Numbered from the stretch's first letter, positions 39,107 through 49,112 are shown. The stretch: 64,000 nucleotides of DNA from Candidatus Bruticola sp. (GCA_051874735.1 JBJEGD010000002.1:76334-140333), one strand, 5' to 3'. The notes: generated from the letters alone by a model not told the origin. Program-made: numbers and translations.

Positions 39107-39583
39107 ATGAAGAAAAAGAAGCTTATCTATTTCAATATACTTATCTTGTTAATTATAGGCTTTGTCATGTCTTGTTGGGGAGCCAGTGCCAAAGCAGATG
39201 AGGTAAAATACACTATAAGACTAGCCGCTCCGGGCATGACGCCAGAAGAAGTAATAAAAGCCGTCGGTCAGCCCACTTTTAAAGCCAAAAAGAATCAGTC
39301 CTGGCACTATCGTAAAAAGCCTAACGCTCCTGTCAATTTAAGCGATCCCCAAATAACTTTCAAAGACAACTGCGCTTATGTTATTATCGGAGGTCAATTA
39401 GAAGCTAACGCAGTTACCATTCTTTCACGCGGAGACCGAGAAAATAAAATAAGTGAAGTCTTAGGCAAAGCTGATAAGATAGAAACAGGGGAAATGCCCA
39501 AGGTAAAAATATATTACTACCATAAATTAGCATTGCAGATCGTGACCCATAACGGTCAAGTCATGGTTATGCGCTTCAACTAG
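39107..39583 (+). CDS. Exported small protein with SmpA/BamE-like repeats
   Basis: Signal/TM segment; GMTPEEVIKAVGQP and a second GDRENKISEVLGKA motif. Confidence 0.55.
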   Translation: MKKKKLIYFNILILLIIGFVMSCWGASAKADEVKYTIRLAAPGMTPEEVIKAVGQPTFKAKKNQSWHYRKKPNAPVNLSDPQITFKDNCAYVIIGGQLEANAVTILSRGDRENKISEVLGKADKIETGEMPKVKIYYYHKLALQIVTHNGQVMVMRFN

Positions 39584-39611
39584 ATATAGAAGCAGCTCAA
39601 AGCAGTACTAT

Positions 39612-40457
39612 TTACCTTAAGCAGCATAAGGCCGCCCCCAACCAGAGCAGCCACGCTTCATTTAACTCTTTAGAAGCTCCTAGAACGTCGCCGGTGACTC
39701 CTTCAAGTCGGCGACGGCTAATATAGCTAATTAGCCAAGTTAAGCAAATGCCTGACAGCATTAGGACAGCGGCCTCTTCCTTATAGATTAGGCCTTCGCA
39801 ACGGCCATAAAGACAGCTAGCAATAGTGGCTGCAGTAAAGAAAATTAAAGCGGAGACCAAGACATGAACGGGCTTAGTTTCACTGACAACATTGCCAGCC
39901 AAACTCTCATTTTCACGGGCATATTTATTAAAGGCAGCCTGCGCTACCATAAACAAACTGGCTGCAGGTGGAATTAAAATGAGCCAGTCCCAAGCTCTAA
40001 AGTAAAATAGCACTGCTGCTCCACTTATTTTTGCAGCTATCACTAATATTAAAGCTATAGTGCCGAATGACCCGATATGAGAGTCTTTCATAATGCGCAG
40101 CGTATTCTCTTTAGTCCATCCTCCTCCCCAACCATCAAAGGAGTCAGCTAAACCATCCAGATGAAATCCTCTACTCAGAAACGCAGCGGCAGCAGTGTAG
40201 GCGATTCCCGCTAAAACAGATACAAAAGCGGCAGCTATGTCTGAAGCAGGATGGCCCAGCTGAAAAAGCAGCCATCCTGGCAGCAGAGAAACTAAACTAA
40301 CAACTAACCCCACTAAGGGGCTCCACATTAATACTTGGCCATAATTGCTGGAGTTTTCTCCCCAACAGGGCATAATGCTCAAAATTCTGAAGGCCGAGGC
40401 TATCCCCCACAACTCACACAGACTCTTTTTATTCATAATTTTCCTTAAATTCGTCAA
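39612..40457 (-). CDS. cobS: Adenosylcobinamide-GDP ribazoletransferase
   Basis: GFHLDGLADSFDG, IMKDSHIGSFG and GVTGDVLGA; membrane protein. Confidence 0.95.
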   Translation of the reverse strand: MTNLRKIMNKKSLCELWGIASAFRILSIMPCWGENSSNYGQVLMWSPLVGLVVSLVSLLPGWLLFQLGHPASDIAAAFVSVLAGIAYTAAAAFLSRGFHLDGLADSFDGWGGGWTKENTLRIMKDSHIGSFGTIALILVIAAKISGAAVLFYFRAWDWLILIPPAASLFMVAQAAFNKYARENESLAGNVVSETKPVHVLVSALIFFTAATIASCLYGRCEGLIYKEEAAVLMLSGICLTWLISYISRRRLEGVTGDVLGASKELNEAWLLWLGAALCCLR

Positions 40458-40479
40458 CCTGTACAGGATTAACGAAAGC

Positions 40480-41091
40480 TTAAATTAGCTGCTGGGGCGG
40501 ATAATTCCGCCCTGGTCTATCCGTACTGGGGGTTGCTTTTAATGTAAGCGGAAGTCCAGCTACAATCAGTACAACTTGATCGGCCAAAGAAGCTATATAT
40601 TGATTGAGACGCCCTTGGCGATCGCGAAAAAGACGCGATTCAGCTTGAGCCGGTACGAGTCCCCATCCCAATTCGCTGGAAACAATAACCAAATCGAAGG
40701 GTAATTTTACCAAAGTCTGCCCAAAAAGTTTTATTTCTGGAAAACAATCTAAACTATCATCAGTATAGGTTGCTATTTTGTCCTGTTTTTCAAGAGTTGC
40801 ACGATAGGTCAGATTACCTAACCAAGTGGTTAAGCAATCTATAAGTACCACTTTAGTACCATTTTTTATACTTAAAAGAGCTTTGTCTAAATTGTAAGCT
40901 TCTTCAAGCGTATAAAAAAGACCGTGCCTTCTCTCTTGATGTTTTTTTATACGCTCGGCCATTTCCTCATCGCAGGCAACTCCAGCAGCCAGATAGCAAC
41001 GCTGGGAAGCCTCTTCTGCTAAAGACACAGCGTAATTTTCAGCCCAACCACTTTTACCGCTGCGGGCTCCTCCAAGGACTAACGTAATCAT
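40480..41091 (-). CDS. cobU: Adenosylcobinamide kinase/guanylyltransferase
   Basis: GGARSGKS, EMAERIKKH, DCLTTWL and SRLFRD. Confidence 0.95.
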   Translation of the reverse strand: MITLVLGGARSGKSGWAENYAVSLAEEASQRCYLAAGVACDEEMAERIKKHQERRHGLFYTLEEAYNLDKALLSIKNGTKVVLIDCLTTWLGNLTYRATLEKQDKIATYTDDSLDCFPEIKLFGQTLVKLPFDLVIVSSELGWGLVPAQAESRLFRDRQGRLNQYIASLADQVVLIVAGLPLTLKATPSTDRPGRNYPPQQLI

Positions 41092-41123
41092 AAATAATTA
41101 AAACCTCAAAGCCGAATCACCCT

Positions 41124-42011
41124 TTATTCAAAGCCTATAAAATTGGCTAATTTAGGATGAGAAGATAAGGCCAGTTCATGATGGCTGCCACAAAATTCTC
41201 TAAGACACTGATACCACTCGTTCGGTGAAAAAACTTCGAAAGTTAACGGCAATTTCCGTATTCTTCCCCAACAGTCAGCATGTCCAAATTTAGATTTTTG
41301 GTTTAAAAAATTGACTAAAGCAGATGAAAAAAGACTCAAGTCAGTCTTATTGTCTGTCTGTATAGCTATATGATCAATTCCGGAATACTTCTGCACCCCA
41401 TGCAAATGGAGAGCTCCTAATCTGGGCCATATTTTAGACCAAAAATTAGAAGAAATACTGCCATTCTTCCAAGCATGGCCCAAATCGAGACACACAGATA
41501 ACCCTAAACGATTAATCAACGGCCAAATTAAAGTGTAGTCGTAACACAAATTCTCTACGCAGAGCAGATCCGGCTGCAGCAGTCTCATATTTAAAAAGGC
41601 TTCAGCCATACATTCAGTAACTTCCAGCCAGCTTTGCAAATCGGCAGCTGGGCACTTAGATAAAGCTTCTGATTCCCAATGCCAAATATAGGCCCGAGGA
41701 TTAAGACAGCTAAGAGCTTCTGCAGCCCTGCGCCATTCATTCAGAACCTGCTGCTGCCATCTCTTATGTAAAGGATGAACGTTCAATGAAGCCGGCAAAT
41801 GTACAGTATAGCTGCAGCTAAAACGCTCAGCCAGATCAACCATTTCCTGCAGTTCCGAAGGGCTGGGATAATTGCTTAAACCGTCGTACTCATAAACAAT
41901 AATTTCAATATTGTCAACATAAGGAGCCAGACGGCGCACATTGTCAATAATAGGAGCTTCCCAAGTACACCCGGAAGCCCCTACAGCCAGACGTTGCCAA
42001 ATAGAATCCAC
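41124..42011 (-). CDS. cbiR: Cobamide-remodelling phosphodiesterase CbiR-like (AP endonuclease 2/TIM-barrel)
   Basis: YTVHLP, ENL, CLDLGH, LHLHG, DH and FEVF metal-binding motifs; located between cobT and cobU. Confidence 0.75.
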   Translation of the reverse strand: MDSIWQRLAVGASGCTWEAPIIDNVRRLAPYVDNIEIIVYEYDGLSNYPSPSELQEMVDLAERFSCSYTVHLPASLNVHPLHKRWQQQVLNEWRRAAEALSCLNPRAYIWHWESEALSKCPAADLQSWLEVTECMAEAFLNMRLLQPDLLCVENLCYDYTLIWPLINRLGLSVCLDLGHAWKNGSISSNFWSKIWPRLGALHLHGVQKYSGIDHIAIQTDNKTDLSLFSSALVNFLNQKSKFGHADCWGRIRKLPLTFEVFSPNEWYQCLREFCGSHHELALSSHPKLANFIGFE

Positions 42012-42036
42012 CTTTACAAAACTGCCTCAGTTTTTC

Positions 42037-43122
42037 TTAATTTGCCTTTTGTGCTTTGGCCTCCAAGATTGTGCCTCCGACATCTCCCATTCCTTCTTCT
42101 TCAGAGCTAGTTACCTCATTAAAAATAGCTAAGGCTTCTTCAATTAAAGGCCAAGCTAAAATAGCTCCGGAGCCCTCGCCTAAACATAATCCCAAACGCA
42201 ACAGAGGAGTAAGTCCCAAATACTCCAACTGCAATCTATGCGCAGGCTCATTAGATTGATGAGCGGCAATCATATATGGACGTATACGGCTATCAATTAA
42301 ATCTGCCACTAACAAAGCAGCCGTAACAATAACTCCATCAACAATTATAACTAAACCACGTCCCGCCGCCTCTAACGCACCACCAGCAATAAAGGCCAAT
42401 TCAGCTCCACCCATGCGGGCCATTAAATCGATAGGATCATCTACACTGCGACTGCGCTCCATAATGCGCTTGACAACTTCCCGCTTAGCAGCTAAAGCGG
42501 TGCTACTCAATCCAGTTCCTTCACCGACCACGCTTTCAACATTCAAGTTTAAAATATGTCCAGTCAACGCTGCCGATGGAGTAGTGTTAGATATGCCCAT
42601 TTCACCGAAGATAACGGATTTTGCCCCCATATCAGCTTGCTTAGCAACAATATCGCGGCCATGTTCAAAACACTTGAGACACTCTTCCCTGGTCATAGCA
42701 TCTTCTAAACTTATATCGCCAGTGCCGAATACAACCTTACAATTTACAATACCGTCTTGGGGAACGAAATTATGCTTTACCCCTACATCAGCCAAAATAA
42801 GAGGTAAGCCGTGTTTTTTAGCAAAAAGGCCGGCTACACCACCTCCAGAGACTAAGCTAAGACTATGCTGCCAAGTAACAGCCTGCGGCGCATAACTCAC
42901 TTTTTGGGCAAAAACTCCGTGATCGCCAGCTCCTATAATGACCGTGGGTTTGCCTAAATCAGGCTTAAGACTGCGCTGTAAACAAGCTATCTTAACAGCA
43001 ACTTTTTCCAATTCGCCCATAGAACGAGGGGGAATACTTTTGTGATTGAGATGTTCCCAACATTGCTCAGCAAAAGTTTCATCTACAGGTAAAACAGGGG
43101 TGTAGCTAAAAGACATGCGCAA
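42037..43122 (-). CDS. cobT: Nicotinate-nucleotide--dimethylbenzimidazole phosphoribosyltransferase
   Basis: AGDHGV, GEMGISNTT, GEGTG, VDG and LGEGSGA. Confidence 0.95.
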   Translation of the reverse strand: MRMSFSYTPVLPVDETFAEQCWEHLNHKSIPPRSMGELEKVAVKIACLQRSLKPDLGKPTVIIGAGDHGVFAQKVSYAPQAVTWQHSLSLVSGGGVAGLFAKKHGLPLILADVGVKHNFVPQDGIVNCKVVFGTGDISLEDAMTREECLKCFEHGRDIVAKQADMGAKSVIFGEMGISNTTPSAALTGHILNLNVESVVGEGTGLSSTALAAKREVVKRIMERSRSVDDPIDLMARMGGAELAFIAGGALEAAGRGLVIIVDGVIVTAALLVADLIDSRIRPYMIAAHQSNEPAHRLQLEYLGLTPLLRLGLCLGEGSGAILAWPLIEEALAIFNEVTSSEEEGMGDVGGTILEAKAQKAN

Positions 43123-43148
43123 AAATTCTCCATCATGACAAAATAAAT

Positions 43149-43172
43149 AAAAAAAACAGCCCTTAAGGCTGT
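43149..43172 (-). terminator. Terminator after ispG-dsrEFH-like operon
   Basis: ACAGCC-TTAAG-GGCTGT hairpin followed by a T-run on the minus strand. Confidence 0.6.
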
Positions 43173-43179
43173 CTGAATG

Positions 43180-43464
43180 CTAACTGAAATTGTACACTTT
43201 GTGCTCCAACAATATTTCTACCATTTCGGCCGCACTCACCAAATATAAGCCCTCTCCGCTCTTATTACCTACCCCCATAGCCTCTGCCTCCTCACGCAAA
43301 GCGTAAATTTTGCGCTTAGCGAACATAGCTGCAGGCAACAAAAGACCGCGCCCTACTAAGAAAATATCGGCGTCGTTGCAATAGCCCAACATGCGACGGG
43401 CTTCTACAATAGAATCGCGCCCAACAATGAAAAGATCATTTTTTTTGTCCGTACCCATGTTCAC
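43180..43464 (-). CDS. DsrH/TusB-like protein
   Basis: 94 aa; IFLVGRGL, IYALREEAEAMG and EMVEIL pattern; third gene of a DsrEFH-like triad. Confidence 0.65.
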   Translation of the reverse strand: MNMGTDKKNDLFIVGRDSIVEARRMLGYCNDADIFLVGRGLLLPAAMFAKRKIYALREEAEAMGVGNKSGEGLYLVSAAEMVEILLEHKVYNFS

Positions 43465-43465
43465 C

Positions 43466-43843
43466 CTAAAGCCTCAAATGCATATCAGATTTTTTAATAA
43501 GCTCAGCCAGTTCTTCAGGCGAAATAACTGCACAGCCCGAGAACAAACTATCCTCAAGCATGCCTCTTATTTCTAAACTGTATTTATCTGCCCAGAAGCC
43601 GACGCCACGGCTTTTAGCAGAAGTCATATAAGGCACGACTGATTCGGTCAGCTGCGAAGCCACACATTCAGTAACACCGTCGCCGATAAAAACTATATCC
43701 AAATTGTGATCAGACAGGCCCCCCACTAGACCAACAGCAAAAGTTAGCACACTTATCAGACTGTCAGGTGCATAACTAGCTCTATTGACAAACAAAACAA
43801 TATGTTTGGACTTATATTCACAAGGATAGTCGATCATAAGCAC
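43466..43843 (-). CDS. DsrF/TusC-like protein
   Basis: IVFIGDGV, SLEIRG and EELAELI. Confidence 0.75.
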   Translation of the reverse strand: MLMIDYPCEYKSKHIVLFVNRASYAPDSLISVLTFAVGLVGGLSDHNLDIVFIGDGVTECVASQLTESVVPYMTSAKSRGVGFWADKYSLEIRGMLEDSLFSGCAVISPEELAELIKKSDMHLRL

Positions 43844-44187
43844 ACCACCTGATCCGCCTGCCCGGCCATTTTGGCAATTTCCTCAAAAGTGACCACTCTG
43901 ACGCCGCTGCAGACGTCTTCAATAGCTACTCCACGAGATTCTAAACAAGGGCTGCTGACTAGAACATCGACGCCGACATAAACAAACTTTTCCAATTTTT
44001 GCAGAAAATCGCCCTCATCTTCCTTCCTGCGCTTTTGCCTGCGCATGCACTGGTAAACGCCGTCGGCAGCAAATAGTATGCATACACTGTGTTCTTTCTC
44101 CAAGGCCGCTGCAGTCAACAAAGAAAGAGTTCTGGAACCAGTACTGGCACTCAACGAGCGAGTTACCATAAAACCTAGTTTAGCCAC
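43834..44187 (-). CDS. DsrE/TusD-like protein
   Basis: LFAADGVY, SSPCLESRG and ADQVV. Confidence 0.8.
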   Translation of the reverse strand: MAKLGFMVTRSLSASTGSRTLSLLTAAALEKEHSVCILFAADGVYQCMRRQKRRKEDEGDFLQKLEKFVYVGVDVLVSSPCLESRGVAIEDVCSGVRVVTFEEIAKMAGQADQVVCL

Positions 44188-44224
44188 CTAAAAACCTCCT
44201 GCGCTTAAATCTAAATTTCCGATA

Positions 44225-45439
44225 TTAAGATCTGCTCGAAGACGAATACTTCAGTTCCGCATACCGTTCAATGCGTTCAATAAACTGCTCGGCTAAATTA
44301 CTGCCATCTAGGGTGGCCTCATGGCGCCCATCTACAAAAAGCAGAGCGCGCGGAGCCTCTCCCCGTCCCGGCAAGGACAAACCGATATCGGCATCTAGTC
44401 CTTCACCAGGTCCATTGACGATACATCCCATTACAGCAACTTTTAAATTGCTGAAGCCTTTGTAGCCTTTGGCTTTCCAAGCCGGAACACGCTCACGAAG
44501 ATAACGGCCAACCTCTAAAGCGATGCTTTGAAAAAGTTGGCTCGAAGTACGACCACAGCCGGGACAAGAAATAACTTGAGGTAAGAACTGGCGCAGGCCT
44601 AAACTTTGCAAAATTTCCTGAGCGGCATAAACTTCTTGGGTGCGGCTTTCACCGGGCCTGGGAGTAAGAGAAACGCGTATAGTGCTGCCGATGCCCTCGT
44701 GCAACAGAATTCCCAAAGCAACAGCTGAACTAATAGCTCCTTTAAGCCCAGCTCCAGCTTCAGTTAAACCTAAATGGAGCGCATAAGGACAACGCTGATT
44801 AAGTTCATGATATACAGAAATAAGATCGGGAACGTTGGAAATTTTAGCAGACAGAACTAAATGGTCTGGGGCTATACCGTACTTTTCTGCTAATTTAGCA
44901 GAACTTATGGCACTTTCAGCCATAGTGTGCAGGAAAATTTCTTTGTCACTGCGAGGAGAAGCTGAATTTTTATTCTTCTCCATAAATTTGGCCAGCAGCT
45001 CTTTATCGATGGAGCCAGCATTAACGCCAATACGGGCAACTTTACCAGACTTGGCTATAAGCTCAGCCATAGTTTTAAAGTTATCGTCATGATGCTGACC
45101 AGCTCCCACGTTGCCTGGATTGATGCGCAGCTTGTCCAGGGCCTGCAGACACTCTGGATAACGACTCAGGAGCAAATGACCGTTATAGTGAAAATCACCC
45201 ACTAAAGGAACATCACATCCGGCCTGACGCACTTTATCTCTAATGTAGGGTACGGCCTTGGCGTCATCGTCGTCTTTTACAGTAAAACGAACTAATTCTG
45301 AACCGGCTCTGGCCAATTCTAAAACTTGAGCGGCGGTCTCATCAATATCGGCAGTGCAAGTATTAGCCATACTCTGCACCGCCACAGGGGCTCCCTTACC
45401 TATACAAATATTGCCTATCCGAACAGTATATGCAATCAT
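44225..45439 (-). CDS. ispG: (E)-4-hydroxy-3-methylbut-2-enyl-diphosphate synthase
   Basis: VQSM, RINPGN, RIGVNAGS, HLGLTEAG, SCPGCGRT and MGCIVNGPGE. Confidence 0.97.
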   Translation of the reverse strand: MIAYTVRIGNICIGKGAPVAVQSMANTCTADIDETAAQVLELARAGSELVRFTVKDDDDAKAVPYIRDKVRQAGCDVPLVGDFHYNGHLLLSRYPECLQALDKLRINPGNVGAGQHHDDNFKTMAELIAKSGKVARIGVNAGSIDKELLAKFMEKNKNSASPRSDKEIFLHTMAESAISSAKLAEKYGIAPDHLVLSAKISNVPDLISVYHELNQRCPYALHLGLTEAGAGLKGAISSAVALGILLHEGIGSTIRVSLTPRPGESRTQEVYAAQEILQSLGLRQFLPQVISCPGCGRTSSQLFQSIALEVGRYLRERVPAWKAKGYKGFSNLKVAVMGCIVNGPGEGLDADIGLSLPGRGEAPRALLFVDGRHEATLDGSNLAEQFIERIERYAELKYSSSSRS

Positions 45440-45774
45440 TATTAATTACCAGTTAAACACATCGGTTATTTTTGACGCATTATGAGTCCCCAAGCCGTAA
45501 CGCTTGCCTATTCCAACAAAGATACTATCCGGGGGAGACGACGAACGCCATCTGAAAACCGCCGCCTTAAAACAGCACTCCACAAAAGATTTGCCAACTC
45601 ATTCAAAAGCTGCCGCTTTCCGCCCAAATGCACTTCTGCGCCCACTTTGCCGAAACTGACTGGAACTACACAACGCCTTCAAAATGCACTTAACATTCTG
45701 TAATAAAGAAGGCCTCTCCTGCCCTTAGAATGGCTTAAACTTGTCCCTTTAGCCGCTGCTTTATACCTATATAA

Positions 45775-45811
45775 TTGCCGCTACCCTGGCAAATATGCTA
45801 ACCTGCTTCAC
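45775..45811 (+). promoter_or_regulatory. Putative sigma70 promoter directly before ATG 45812 (leaderless candidate)
   Basis: TTGCCG-N18-TAACCT with TG extension, 7 nt before the ATG; no SD sequence. Confidence 0.4.
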
Positions 45812-47806
45812 ATGCACAGTAAACTAGATAAAGTTAAAATCTTAACAATAAGCCTAACTTTATGGACTTTAGTTTGGCTTATCGGTAGCTTAAGTTGGAA
45901 TGCAGCATCTTCTCCTTACTGTTTTGGAGAGTCCAGCGTTCTTAAGCTTTACGCTTATACAGCCTATATACAGGGACACTGCCAAGAGCTGATGCACGCT
46001 CCAGCGCTTTTTACTCTATCCCGACCTTTTATCGCTATATTTGGCTGTACTAATTTAACTTTTTCCTTGATTCAAGGCTCTATTTTTGTAATATGCGCCT
46101 TATTAACAGCCCATCTAGCCTCAAAGCTATACGGCTATAAAACAGGTTTGCTGAGCTTTATGCTGTTGACCTGCAGTTTAAGTACAGCCAAAGGTTTAAG
46201 AACTTTTCTCTTAGATTATCCCTCCGCTGTACCTCTACTGTTAATGTATTTATGTTACCTAAACAGTGATGGCTTCAAGAAATTGCTTCCTTGTCTGGGG
46301 CTGAGTGCTTCGATATGGCTGGGAGCTCAAACGAAGTACAGTTTCCTTCCCGTCTGGGCGGGTCCTCTCAGCGCCGCTCTGCTTATACCGCATTTACACC
46401 GAGCAATTCAGGCAACCAGACGATTGGGAGTCCAATTATCACCAGTAAATAAAAAGAATTTACGGCTGTTGTTCTCCAGCGTAGTTGATTTAACAGCTCT
46501 GGTTCTATTTACCTGCAGTGCCAAAGATTATGCCCCCCATCTGCAGCCCTCTTCTTCCTGGCCTTGGCTCCTGCAGTTAGAAGTCGCCCTAATTATTCTC
46601 TCTTCTATATTCAGTTTATATCAGTTGGAATTAATCAAGCAGGATCTTCATCCAGCCTGGCAGCGCTTGAATCGAGGTTTAGCTTCCTGTACTTTGGGGG
46701 CAGGTCTGAGCGCTTGGAGTTACCTTCCCCATCTGCAGGCTATTTGGGGTCACACTGAGGCTAACTACCATGCTATTGCTAGTCCAACATTTTTTCTTGT
46801 CAACATGCCTTCAGCCTGGATTAGCTACTTAAGTTCAGTTTGTCAAGAAAGTCTGGCTCCTCTGCCTTGGTTTTTATTAGCTGCGGTTGGGTTATGTCTA
46901 GTTTGTCTACACCGCAAACTACGAAGGCGCAGCCTGCCTTTTATAGTAGGTTTAATATTTGTATCTGTATGGCTTCAAACGTTACCTTGGGATCACGCTT
47001 ATCAGCGTTTCTTTATTCCGCTGCTGCCTTGGTGGGCTATGTTAGCCGCTCATGCCCTACAATGCCTATTGCGAATTAAACTTGGACGCTATTTAGCAGC
47101 GGCTATCGTTTTTTACTTATGGTTACACGCTGCCTGTATCTGCTGGGCTTGGGCCTGTCCGTCAATCTCAAACTATTTGGCTAAACTGGATAGCAGCTAT
47201 TTTTTAAGCGAAGGTCTGAGCCTAAACCTTCCCCAAGCCAAACGAACCGGCTTAGATAATTTCCAAGAAAGCTTTCATCCACTGCAGCCGCCGGGGCGAG
47301 AGCACCGTCTCACAAACTGCGGTATGTACAATATGAAGTTATCCGCTCTGCCAGTACTGCGGCAAACTTGGTTTGATAATTTGACAGCCCTATGCCGTGA
47401 ATTAGCAGCCGATGGCGTCAGCACCCAAAAGCCCTGGTATTTAGCCGTCATTGCTGAATTTGAAGGCCGGGAACTAAAAGGAGAAAGTCCAGCCATGGAA
47501 CTGTTCCTCTGGTGCGCCCAGCAAGGATTTAATAAAGAGCAGCTACATATTACGGGAATAAACAACCCGCAGGCTTATGCTAAGGCTGCGGGTCCACCAG
47601 AGGCCAAATCGTTAACCGTTTTAATTACTAATACAGGATCAGCCAGTCAGCGGCTACAGCAAGATTTATATCCGGCTCTCAGCCCCAATCGGCTTATTAA
47701 ACAAACTAAAGATCAAGACAGCGGTTTGACGATTATGTACTTTGCTTCTTGTAGCAACCAAGAGCAAGTTAAATTCATAATTTTAAACCGCTTACGCCTA
47801 TTTTAA
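45812..47806 (+). CDS. Polytopic membrane glycosyltransferase (ArnT/PMT, GT-C fold-like)
   Basis: Many TM helices; HAPALF, LLDYP, TKYS and RFFIPLLP motifs typical of GT39/GT83-like proteins. Confidence 0.65.
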   Translation: MHSKLDKVKILTISLTLWTLVWLIGSLSWNAASSPYCFGESSVLKLYAYTAYIQGHCQELMHAPALFTLSRPFIAIFGCTNLTFSLIQGSIFVICALLTAHLASKLYGYKTGLLSFMLLTCSLSTAKGLRTFLLDYPSAVPLLLMYLCYLNSDGFKKLLPCLGLSASIWLGAQTKYSFLPVWAGPLSAALLIPHLHRAIQATRRLGVQLSPVNKKNLRLLFSSVVDLTALVLFTCSAKDYAPHLQPSSSWPWLLQLEVALIILSSIFSLYQLELIKQDLHPAWQRLNRGLASCTLGAGLSAWSYLPHLQAIWGHTEANYHAIASPTFFLVNMPSAWISYLSSVCQESLAPLPWFLLAAVGLCLVCLHRKLRRRSLPFIVGLIFVSVWLQTLPWDHAYQRFFIPLLPWWAMLAAHALQCLLRIKLGRYLAAAIVFYLWLHAACICWAWACPSISNYLAKLDSSYFLSEGLSLNLPQAKRTGLDNFQESFHPLQPPGREHRLTNCGMYNMKLSALPVLRQTWFDNLTALCRELAADGVSTQKPWYLAVIAEFEGRELKGESPAMELFLWCAQQGFNKEQLHITGINNPQAYAKAAGPPEAKSLTVLITNTGSASQRLQQDLYPALSPNRLIKQTKDQDSGLTIMYFASCSNQEQVKFIILNRLRLF

Positions 47807-47825
47807 CCAGTGCTGCTGCCTAACT

Positions 47826-48680
47826 TTAATTGTCGTTTAGTCCATAACCAATCGTCAACAATTTCCGCTTATAAAGACTCTCTATTTTAATAACTTCATA
47901 ATTGGTAACCGTTTTAGGCAAGATCTGTAAAACGGAGAATTGAAAATGGTGGTAGCGATCGGAGTATTTATCAAGCAACTCCATCATTAGCTTATTATTG
48001 CCGTGCAAGGAAATTACATAGTCGGTCCAACGTCCAAGTAGACCATTCTGACCATACGCCGATCTGACATATTGCTTACCAATTACACGATCGACAATTA
48101 AATAAACAGTATTGATTGAAGAAAGCGCCGTATGCCACGAATCGTAAACCGCTTCATTCTTGACAATTTCTTTTAACCCGTCATAAGTAAGAATCAAATT
48201 TTCAAAGTCGGAAAAGACTTTCTTGGCATTCGCCTGAATAGATACAATCGGTTTCGAATTAGTTGCTAAATGATCAAACTTGGCAGTATCTCCTCCCCAA
48301 TCAATGACCAATTAGTCTTCATATTCATTTAAATACTCGGTTTTCCCTAACTTATAATTCCAGTTCTTATCTATTATCTTATCACGATTAGGGAAACCCA
48401 GCGGCAAAATATCTGTAGTAGCTTTATCTATTGGCTCTGGCGTATTTGCTTTATAGCAAGCAAAAAATCGGGCCAGATTTCCTCCATCGCCTATAAATGC
48501 ACACCAGTATTTCGTATTAAGATGGAAATTTTCTTTTCGCAAACAAGTATATTCGAGCACCTTGCCAGCTTAGTAACAAGCTCTGAAATACTTATCTGAT
48601 AAAGAATGACGGATCAGCAACACTTCTTGAGGATTCAAACCAACTTTTTGGAGAATATCTTTAAACTCTAACACTGCCAT
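47826..48680 (-). pseudogene. GIY-YIG nuclease family pseudogene (two in-frame TAA stops)
   Basis: One frame from ATG 48680 (MAVLEFKDILQKVGLNPQEVLLIRH) to 47826, interrupted by TAA at 48570-48572 and 48312-48314; VYLIVD...QYVRSAYG...GRW...E..YK..L....GLNDN. Confidence 0.85.
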
Positions 48681-49056
48681 TATTTTGCTTCCCTTCAACT
48701 GTGATTGACTAAAAAATTATGATCGAATTGCCACAATTTACTTATCTTCAGGTGCTGGTTGATGCCAATTACTGGCGGTGTCTGCCCAGCCAATCGCTAA
48801 CCGTTATTAACACTCTTTTACAAGCTTAATAACTTCTAAATAAATCTTTTACTATTGACCTAAGACAATTTTATCTCTGGCAAATGGGATATAACACAGT
48901 GCAAAATTCAAAATAAATGTTTTTACCTATATAAAAAGCATAATATTTATAAAATAAGGTATTAATATTCAACTTGTACCATAAAAAACCATTAAAATTT
49001 TGAAATATAAAATTCTATTTAATACCTTAATATTGCGGAACTTTATAGAAAAGCGC

Positions 49057-49086
49057 AAAAAAAATGCCTGCCGAGATAGGCAGGCA
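49057..49086 (-). terminator. Rho-independent terminator
   Basis: TGCCTGCC-N6-GGCAGGCA followed by T8 on the minus strand. Confidence 0.85.
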
Positions 49087-49112
49087 AAAGACACGCTGTT
49101 TGGCCGACAATT

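Noticed and set aside
43123-43179. Cobalamin riboswitch upstream of cobT
   Set aside because: The intergenic space is only 57 bp, holds a terminator-like hairpin and has no B12 box.
45482-45703. 73-aa ORF between ispG and the glycosyltransferase
   Set aside because: No RBS or motif; it lies in a divergent promoter region and is probably spurious.
48312-48572. Stop-codon reassignment or readthrough explaining the in-frame TAA codons
   Set aside because: TAA terminates many normal genes here (for example groEL, nadE, malQ), and the gene also has a motif-damaging substitution, so pseudogenisation is simpler.
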